A stretch of DNA of 64,000 nucleotides from an uncultured Oscillospiraceae bacterium (lineage in GTDB: Bacteria; Bacillota; Clostridia; Oscillospirales; Oscillospiraceae): positions 834 to 64,833 of the forward strand of contig CAKTIH010000001.1 in assembly GCA_934565615.1 (NCBI GenBank), in the 5' to 3' direction. Positions 54,813 through 61,571 of this stretch are shown here, piece by piece. The position numbers and the translations under genes are program-made. Below the pieces are notes generated by a model. That model worked only from the letters and a program-made list of their open reading frames with translations. It was not told where the DNA came from and ran no database searches. How positions within the stretch are numbered: the first letter of the stretch is position 1; every line of letters starts with the position of its first letter.

Positions 54813-55442
54813 ATGCCGCTTTTACAGAAAAGTTCAGTGCGTTTCAGAATAACTGCCGCAGTGCTGGCACTCGTGTTATTGCTGGCAGGCTGCGGGAAAG
54901 GCGATTCGGATAAGGTCAAGACCGTTGTCGTTGAGAATGACCGCATCTCCCGCGCCGAGGCGAAGGCCGCCGCGACGGACCTCAGCGGGGATTGGTACGG
55001 CTGGTGGCGCATGTACAGCACGAGCGGCGACTGGGCGCACATGTACGGCTACTGGTGGGACTGCTGCGCCGAGATAAATGACGGGAGCATGCTGCTCTGG
55101 GATGAGGACCTGCCGAAGGATAACTTTCTTGCCGAAGCGGAGCTGAGCATACACAATAAAGACATACGCTGCACAGGCGGAAGCTTCCTCGACCGTAAGC
55201 TAAAAAGCAGCAGTTGGGACATCACGGTCAGCGAGGATGACTGCGGCACGCTCATGACGATTTCCGGGGAATATGACGCCGTCGGCAAGGGCGGCTTCAG
55301 CTATAAAATTTACCTCAGGCCGTGGGGCAGCAAGTGGCCGGAGGACGACAAGGATAAGCTGCCGTATTACTACAATGACTGGTACCTGCCGCTTATCGAG
55401 GCGGGTAATGATATGCCGGACGTCATAGGCGGCAAGGACTGA
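54813..55442 (+). CDS. hypothetical lipoprotein (Trp/Tyr-rich)
   Basis: ATG 54813 follows AGAGGTG. Lipobox LLLAGCGK. No recognised domain. Confidence 0.6.
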   Translation: MPLLQKSSVRFRITAAVLALVLLLAGCGKGDSDKVKTVVVENDRISRAEAKAAATDLSGDWYGWWRMYSTSGDWAHMYGYWWDCCAEINDGSMLLWDEDLPKDNFLAEAELSIHNKDIRCTGGSFLDRKLKSSSWDITVSEDDCGTLMTISGEYDAVGKGGFSYKIYLRPWGSKWPEDDKDKLPYYYNDWYLPLIEAGNDMPDVIGGKD

Positions 55443-55452
55443 AAGGGACGCT

Positions 55453-56418
55453 ATGAACAGGATGAACATTATCGACCTGCACTGCGACACGCTGATAAAG
55501 CTGCACGAGCAGGGCTGCGGGCTTGAGGATGTGCAGGGGCACATCGATCTTGACGCGCTGCAGCGCGGCGGCGCGCTGGTGCAGTGCTTCGCGGTATACA
55601 CGCCGACGCACGAGCAGGTACACAAGCACAAGATAACGACCGGGCCGTGGGAGTACTTTAACACCGCGGCCGATATCTTTGACCGGGAGATGGAGAAGCA
55701 TAAAGAGCTTATCCGTCCGGTGCGCTGCGCGGCGGACATACAGAAGAACATGGACGCGGGCAGGATATCCGCACTGCTCACGCTGGAGGACGGCGTGTGC
55801 ATCGACGGCAGAATGGAGCGCGTACAGCAGCTATATGACCGCGGCGTGCGCATGATTGCGCTGACATGGAACTACGAAAACTCCATAGGCTTCCCCAATT
55901 CCGCAGATCCCGAGCTTCACGCGCTCGGGCTCAAGCCTTTCGGCTTCGAGGTCGTGGAGCGCATGGGCGAGCTTGGGATGATAGTTGATATATCGCACCT
56001 GTCGGAGGGCGGATTTGACGACGTGGCCGAAGCCGTAAAGGGACCGTTTGCCGCATCGCACTCCTGCGCCCGCGCGCTGTGCGAGCACAGCCGCAACCTC
56101 ACCGACCGGCAGCTGCATGTCCTCGGCGACCACGGCGGCGTGTGCGGGGTGAACTTCTATTCGAGCTTTCTCACCGGGACGGACTACACGGCGATTGACG
56201 ATATCCTGAGGCACATGGAATACATCGCGGACAAGGCAGGGATCGAGGCCGTCGCGCTCGGTTCGGACTTTGACGGGATAGACTGCGAGCTTGAGTTCGG
56301 CGGTTACGCCGGTATGCCGCGGCTCGTCGAGGCCATAGCGGCGCGCTTCGGCAGCGGCAATGCCGACAGGATATGCTATGAAAACGCGCTGCGCATGATG
56401 AGGGACGTGATCGGATGA
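55453..56418 (+). CDS. membrane dipeptidase family protein (peptidase M19)
   Basis: 321 aa. IDLHCDT metal site, ALTWNYENS, VDISHLSE and SHSCARALCEHSRNL. Confidence 0.85.
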   Translation: MNRMNIIDLHCDTLIKLHEQGCGLEDVQGHIDLDALQRGGALVQCFAVYTPTHEQVHKHKITTGPWEYFNTAADIFDREMEKHKELIRPVRCAADIQKNMDAGRISALLTLEDGVCIDGRMERVQQLYDRGVRMIALTWNYENSIGFPNSADPELHALGLKPFGFEVVERMGELGMIVDISHLSEGGFDDVAEAVKGPFAASHSCARALCEHSRNLTDRQLHVLGDHGGVCGVNFYSSFLTGTDYTAIDDILRHMEYIADKAGIEAVALGSDFDGIDCELEFGGYAGMPRLVEAIAARFGSGNADRICYENALRMMRDVIG

Positions 56419-57488
56419 GCGGACGGAGCTGGATGGAATACGGCAGTGAGTTTGACTGGAAGTCAAACGACGCGCTCATGTCTGACAAGCCGCAGAGCTT
56501 TGTGCAGGACGACTGGCAGCTCTACCGCAGCGGCAGGGACGCGATGAAGGCTATCGCGCGCATCGCCAGAGGACATAAGGTGCTGCTGCCCGCGCTGTGC
56601 TGCGAATCGATGATACTGCCGTTTTCCGCAAACGGATACGACGTTGAGTTTTATAAGATGAACCCCGATCTCACCGGGGATGAAGAGGACGTGCGCGCAA
56701 AGCTCACGGACAGAGCGGTGCTGCTGTACATGCCCTACTTCGGCATCAAACCCTTCACGGATGAGTTTCTGCTGTCGCGGCGTGAGTCCGGACGGGATAT
56801 AATACTCGTTGAGGACAGGACGCATGATGTGATCGTCCCGCGCGCGGAGGGCGGGTTCACGCCTGACGCGGTGCTGGCAAGCTTGCGCAAGTGGGCGGCG
56901 CTGCCCGAGGGCGGCATGCTCAGAACCGATATGGGCAGATGCTCAGCAGGTGTTGATGCGCGCTTCGGCGACACTCGGCGCGAGGTCATGGAGATGAAAG
57001 TGCGCTACCTCGAGACTTGGGAACCGGAGCTGAAAAAGGATTTTTTGGATATGCTGCACGGCGCTGAACGTCTATTGGACGAGAGCGGCGAGCCGTGCGG
57101 GATGTCGGCGGAATATGAGGCGCTGCTGCGGCGCGTTGATTTCACGGTACTGCTGGCAAAGCGCCGGGCAAATGCCGCGCGGCTGAAGGAAAGGCTCGCC
57201 GCGCTCGACGGTATAAAGCTGCGCTTCCTCTCTGGGCACCCGGAGGCGAGCACACTGTACTTCCCTGTTTATCTTGAAAACCGCGGCGAGGTCCAGCGCG
57301 CGATGGCACAGCACGGGGTATACTGTCCCGTTATCTGGCCCGAACCGGAGGCGGCGCACGGAGTGTGCGATGTGAGCCGCTACGTGACGGAGCACATGCT
57401 CGCGCTCCCCTGCGACCAGCGATACACACCGGAGGACATGGACTTTATTGCGGACACGCTCATTGAAGCATTGGAGAAAAACACATGA
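56415..57488 (+). CDS. DegT/DnrJ/EryC1/StrS-like PLP-dependent fold-type I protein (divergent)
   Basis: 357 aa. LPALCCESMILPF, EDRTHD and a putative PLP-Lys in ASLRKWAALPEGGML. ATGA overlap with the dipeptidase stop. Confidence 0.55.
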   Translation: MSGRSWMEYGSEFDWKSNDALMSDKPQSFVQDDWQLYRSGRDAMKAIARIARGHKVLLPALCCESMILPFSANGYDVEFYKMNPDLTGDEEDVRAKLTDRAVLLYMPYFGIKPFTDEFLLSRRESGRDIILVEDRTHDVIVPRAEGGFTPDAVLASLRKWAALPEGGMLRTDMGRCSAGVDARFGDTRREVMEMKVRYLETWEPELKKDFLDMLHGAERLLDESGEPCGMSAEYEALLRRVDFTVLLAKRRANAARLKERLAALDGIKLRFLSGHPEASTLYFPVYLENRGEVQRAMAQHGVYCPVIWPEPEAAHGVCDVSRYVTEHMLALPCDQRYTPEDMDFIADTLIEALEKNT

Positions 57489-58042
57489 AGATCGACCCGA
57501 TACTTTACAAAGGCCGCCCGGCCGACACACGCATCCCTAAGGAGGAGCGCTGCTATGAGCTGCTCGACAGGCTCGGCGTGGAATACTGCCGCGCGGATCA
57601 CGAGCACGCCGACACTATCGAGCAGTGCCATGAGATCGAAAAGCTGCTGGGAGCCGAGATATGCAAGAACCTGCTGCTGACAAACCGGCAGATGACGGAC
57701 GTCTATCTGCTGCTCATGCCGGGGGACAAGCCGTTCAAGACGAAGATACTTTCAAAGCAGATAGGCACGGCGCGGCTGTCCTTCGCAAGCCCGGAGCAGA
57801 TGCTTGACTGCCTTGACATCACGCCGGGCTCGGTCAGTGTACTCGGCCTGATGAACGACAAGGCCGGTAAGGTGCGGCTGCTCATCGACCGCGACCTGCT
57901 TAATGACGAGCGCTTCGGCTGCCACCCGTGCATAAACACTTCGACGCTCGCTTTTTCGACGCATGACCTCATTGAAAAGGTCATCCCCGCCATGAGACAC
58001 GAGCCGACCTATGTCGACCTGCCGTGGTCGGTGGATGAATAA
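57485..58042 (+). CDS. YbaK/ProX-type aminoacyl-tRNA editing (deacylase) domain protein
   Basis: 185 aa. ITPGSVSVLGLMND...RFGCHPCINTSTLAF. ATGA overlap with the preceding gene. Confidence 0.7.
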   Translation: MKIDPILYKGRPADTRIPKEERCYELLDRLGVEYCRADHEHADTIEQCHEIEKLLGAEICKNLLLTNRQMTDVYLLLMPGDKPFKTKILSKQIGTARLSFASPEQMLDCLDITPGSVSVLGLMNDKAGKVRLLIDRDLLNDERFGCHPCINTSTLAFSTHDLIEKVIPAMRHEPTYVDLPWSVDE

Positions 58043-58079
58043 TTTACGTAATTCGGTTTACATAACCAAATTCAAGGGC

Positions 58080-58120
58080 AACAAATAACAGGCGGCACTG
58101 CCGCCTGTTATTTGTTATTT
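58080..58120. terminator. bidirectional terminator between convergent operons
   Basis: AACAAATAACAGGCGGC / GCCGCCTGTTATTTGTT, a 17-bp inverted repeat. Overlaps the stop codon of the minus-strand gene. Confidence 0.85.
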
Positions 58121-59257
58121 AACCAAATCGAGCAAAGTCTGGGTGAAGCCGTATTTCTCGCGCAGGGCTTCGGCCTTCGCGCGGCCTGCGCTGCGGCGCT
58201 TGCCGGTATACTCCGCGCGGAGCATGATGTTCTTCGGCGAATGCTCAAGGTCTATGAACTCTATCATATCCACCTTATAGCCCGCGTCCTCAAGGACGGC
58301 GGCGCGGATAGAGTCAGTCAGCAGGGCGCAGACGCGCTCTTTGACGATGCCGTATTCAAGCAGCAGGTCAAGCTCTCCCCCGCTGTGGATGCTGGAATTC
58401 ACCTCATGCTGGCAGCAGGGCACGGAGAAGATACGCCCGACGCGGCGGTTCACGGCATAAGCGAGGGCATAGTCCGTAGCCGTATCACAGGCATGGAGCG
58501 TCACGACCATGTCGATATGCGTATCAGCGAGCGTGTCCCGCGTCACGTCCGCGACCTGGAAGCGCAGCCCGTCATAGCCGTAGCGCGCGGCGATCTCATT
58601 GCAGCGCTCGACGACATCGGCCTTGAGATCATAGCCGATGATGCGGGTGCGCATGCCTTTTTTGACGGAGAAGTAATAATAGAGAATAAAGGTCAGGTAC
58701 GACTTGCCGCAGCCGAAATCAAGAATGCTTATCTCTTCCCTGCCGTCGGCGGCAAAGGACTGATCGACAAGCTCGACAAAGCGGTTTATCTGCCGGTACT
58801 TGCTGTACTTGGCGCGGACGATCCTGAAGTCCTGCGTGAATACACCAAGGTCGACAAGCGCCGGGATGTTCTCACCCTCGCGCAGAAGATATTCCTTCTC
58901 GCGGTCATGCGCGGCAGCGCCGCCGGGCAGCGGGAGCGCCGCGGCCTTGCCGGTGCGCTTATACTCGCCGTTGACCTTGAGGCAGAACTGCCCGCCGCCG
59001 TTCTGCGAGACTATCAGCACCTGACGGTACCGGCCTTCAAGTTCCTCCTCGGCATAGCGCAGAAGCGCGTCAGCGCTCAGGTTCCGATGAAAGGCCTTGT
59101 TATTGCGGAAGCTCTCGGCCTGATAGGCGATGCCGGTCTTTGTGCTGACGGGGCGGATGACGACCTTTTCATCCGAGAACTTATCAATGCTCTGGGAGAA
59201 AACGGCCTTTGACAGCCCGGGCAGCGCATGCTCCAGCTCCTGAATTATTCTGCCCAT
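58115..59257 (-). CDS. class I SAM-dependent methyltransferase (substrate unknown)
   Basis: 380 aa. SAM motif ILDFGCGKSYLT and the acidic loop IGYDLK. Lies upstream of, and 1 nt from, rsmI. Confidence 0.65.
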   Translation of the reverse strand: MGRIIQELEHALPGLSKAVFSQSIDKFSDEKVVIRPVSTKTGIAYQAESFRNNKAFHRNLSADALLRYAEEELEGRYRQVLIVSQNGGGQFCLKVNGEYKRTGKAAALPLPGGAAAHDREKEYLLREGENIPALVDLGVFTQDFRIVRAKYSKYRQINRFVELVDQSFAADGREEISILDFGCGKSYLTFILYYYFSVKKGMRTRIIGYDLKADVVERCNEIAARYGYDGLRFQVADVTRDTLADTHIDMVVTLHACDTATDYALAYAVNRRVGRIFSVPCCQHEVNSSIHSGGELDLLLEYGIVKERVCALLTDSIRAAVLEDAGYKVDMIEFIDLEHSPKNIMLRAEYTGKRRSAGRAKAEALREKYGFTQTLLDLVK

Positions 59258-59258
59258 A

Positions 59259-60140
59259 TCAGCCTCCGAAAAGGCGCTTGAGGTTCAGCGCGGCGGCCTT
59301 GAGCTCGTTCTTGCTGTAGGAATTGTTCTCATCCGCGAGCACGGCGGCGACGGCATCCTTTGCCGAGAGGCTGCCGGAGACCATAGCGTCGACAAGCATC
59401 GCCTCGGCGCTGACGGTATGCTCTACTTTATTGAAAATATAGTCCTCGTCTATCTCAACTACAACGGCGTACTCGCCCTTATCATAACTGCCCTTGGCAA
59501 GGAGCTGATCCTTGACCTCGCCGGGCGTGCCGCGAAAGCTCATTTCATGCAGCTTTGTAAGATCGTTGCACAGGCACATACGGCAGTGCGCAGAGCTGTC
59601 AATAAAGAAATCGACAAGCTCCATAATGCGCTTGGGCGATTCATAGAGCGCGTAGGTGCACGTATCGCCGCGGCGCATCTTTTCAAGCAGGCGGCGGCGC
59701 TCAACGTTCTCGCGTGGGAAGAAGCCATAGAACATGAAGCTCGACAGATCAAAGCCCGAGACAGACAGCGCCGTAACAGCCGCGCAGCAGCCGGGCACAC
59801 CGATGACCGGGATGCCCGCCTCGACCGCAGCCTTGATAAGCTCATTGCCGGGGTCGGAGATGCAGGGGGTGCCGGCGTCGCTTATAACGGCGACGTTTTT
59901 GCCCGAGAGGAGTTCATTTATAAAATACTTCGCCTTGCCGTATTCATTGAACTTATGATTCGAGACAAGCTTATTGCGTATCTCAAGCTTATTGAGCAGC
60001 ACCATAGAGCGGCGCGTATCTTCGGCAGCGATCATATCCGCGTCCGCGAGGATCTGTTTCCCGCGCGGGGACATGTCCTTTGAGTTGCCGATAGGCGTCG
60101 CGACAATATAAAGCTTGCCGATGCTTCTGTTTTCGTCCAT
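59259..60140 (-). CDS. rsmI: 16S rRNA (cytidine1402-2'-O)-methyltransferase RsmI
   Basis: 293 aa. GKLYIVATPIGNSKDMSPRGKQILADADMIAAEDTR (tetrapyrrole-methylase fold) and ISDAGTPCISDPG. Confidence 0.9.
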   Translation of the reverse strand: MDENRSIGKLYIVATPIGNSKDMSPRGKQILADADMIAAEDTRRSMVLLNKLEIRNKLVSNHKFNEYGKAKYFINELLSGKNVAVISDAGTPCISDPGNELIKAAVEAGIPVIGVPGCCAAVTALSVSGFDLSSFMFYGFFPRENVERRRLLEKMRRGDTCTYALYESPKRIMELVDFFIDSSAHCRMCLCNDLTKLHEMSFRGTPGEVKDQLLAKGSYDKGEYAVVVEIDEDYIFNKVEHTVSAEAMLVDAMVSGSLSAKDAVAAVLADENNSYSKNELKAAALNLKRLFGG

Positions 60141-60208
60141 TGTTTCACCGTATCCTGTCTATTTTGTTATTTTGGTTTATTATAAACCGGCTTGGCGTAA
60201 TTGGCAAC

Positions 60209-60244
60209 AAAAACCGCTCCGACCAAAAGGTTGGAGCGGTTTTT
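60209..60244 (-). terminator. terminator of the zinc-ribbon gene
   Basis: AAAAACCGCTCC / GGAGCGGTTTTT hairpin with a T-run on the minus strand. Confidence 0.8.
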
Positions 60245-60258
60245 ATGGAATCGATCTA

Positions 60259-60504
60259 TCAGCAAGTATGAGTCAGCCACTCGGCAAGCTTATTGGCGCT
60301 GCAGCCAAGGCCGTCTCCGACAAAGGCAACAAACTCATTGAAGTTCAGCTTCTTGAGATGCTCAAAGTTCGTCGTCCCGGACAGCACCTTGGCGGAGCGG
60401 GAATTACCCCTGCTCTCCGTGTATCCGCAATTATAGCACATATCAATAGGGTACTTGCGATGATCATCACGGGTCATTTCTCCACCACAGCGAGGGCACT
60501 TCAT
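60259..60504 (-). CDS. small zinc-ribbon protein (hypothetical)
   Basis: 81 aa. CPRC-x17-CYNC. GGGAGG RBS and its own promoter, minus-strand TTGCAA-N17-TATATT at 60571-60599. Confidence 0.6.
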   Translation of the reverse strand: MKCPRCGGEMTRDDHRKYPIDMCYNCGYTESRGNSRSAKVLSGTTNFEHLKKLNFNEFVAFVGDGLGCSANKLAEWLTHTC

Positions 60505-60671
60505 ATCTAATTCCTCCCATATATTTGATGAATAATTAACGATAAATTTTTAACGTTCCTCGTTGTTTATAATATACACCATCTCTCCGGAAATTGCAAG
60601 ACTTTTTTTTAACAATCTCAAATATTTTTTTGCTCTGTGTATAAACAGAGCCTCTTCTATCGTAAGCAGGC

Positions 60672-60708
60672 ACATAAAATATACCTCTCCGCATTTGCGG
60701 AGAGGTAT
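60672..60708 (-). terminator. Rho-independent terminator of hpf
   Basis: ATACCTCTCCGC / GCGGAGAGGTAT stem. On the minus strand it is followed by ATTTTAT. Confidence 0.8.
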
Positions 60709-60748
60709 TGTAATTTATATCAAGTCTCTGTCGACAAAGGAGCGTGTC

Positions 60749-61297
60749 TCAATCGTCCATGCCGTCATCGCAGATAAGGCCGTAGCCGCCCTGCTTGCGC
60801 TTATAGACAACGGAGACCGCGTCATCAGAGTCCATATTCTTGAACACGAAGAACTCGTGCCCCAGCAGGTTCATCTGAAGGATGGCCTCTTCCGGGGACA
60901 TGGGCTTTATGGAGAAGCGCTTGCTGCGGACGATCTTAAACTCCTCGTCCGGCTCGTCCGGAACTGCGGTGAAGGCCGCACCGGCGTCTCTCTCCAATGC
61001 GCCCTCTCTGAGACGCTTTTCAAGACGGGTCTTGTTTCTGCGGATCTGGCGCTCTATCGCGGCGACGCCGGAATCCACAGACGCGTACATGTCGCTCGTA
61101 AGTTCGCTTGCCCTGTAGTACATGCCGTTGTTGTGGATGGTGATCTCGGCGAGGAAACGGCCGCGCTCAATGCTGAAGGTGACGTAAGCATCGGCCTCGG
61201 TCTTGAAGAACCTGTCGAGCTTGCCTATCTTCCTTATCGAATAGGCTCTCAGATCCTCGGAGGACTCCATCTTCTTCTCGGTAAAAGTGAACTTCAT
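60749..61297 (-). CDS. hpf: ribosome hibernation promoting factor (long HPF)
   Basis: Start re-set to ATG 61297, after AAAGGAG. N-terminal S30AE domain (LRAYSIRKIGKLDRFF) and C-terminal dimerisation domain (IVRSKRFSIKPMSPEEAILQMNLLGHEFFVF). Confidence 0.93.
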   Translation of the reverse strand: MKFTFTEKKMESSEDLRAYSIRKIGKLDRFFKTEADAYVTFSIERGRFLAEITIHNNGMYYRASELTSDMYASVDSGVAAIERQIRRNKTRLEKRLREGALERDAGAAFTAVPDEPDEEFKIVRSKRFSIKPMSPEEAILQMNLLGHEFFVFKNMDSDDAVSVVYKRKQGGYGLICDDGMDD

Positions 61298-61571
61298 TTG
61301 TGACAACTCCTTTCGACTGTGCTGTATTGACCAAAGAAGCATTCCCGCTTCTTGTGGATATTATATCACAGCGTTGAAGTGAATAGAAGTCTTTTTTGTG
61401 AATAATGCAATAATCGTCACAAGTCACCGACTTTAATGGAAAATTTTGTACAGCTTTACAAAACTGTATTCATATTTTCCTGTGTCCGCGAATAAGCTTT
61501 ATATGGTATGACCTGCGGCAAGGCAAAAGTAAATGTGCCGCAGGCCGGGTCAATTACAATGGGAGGGCATA

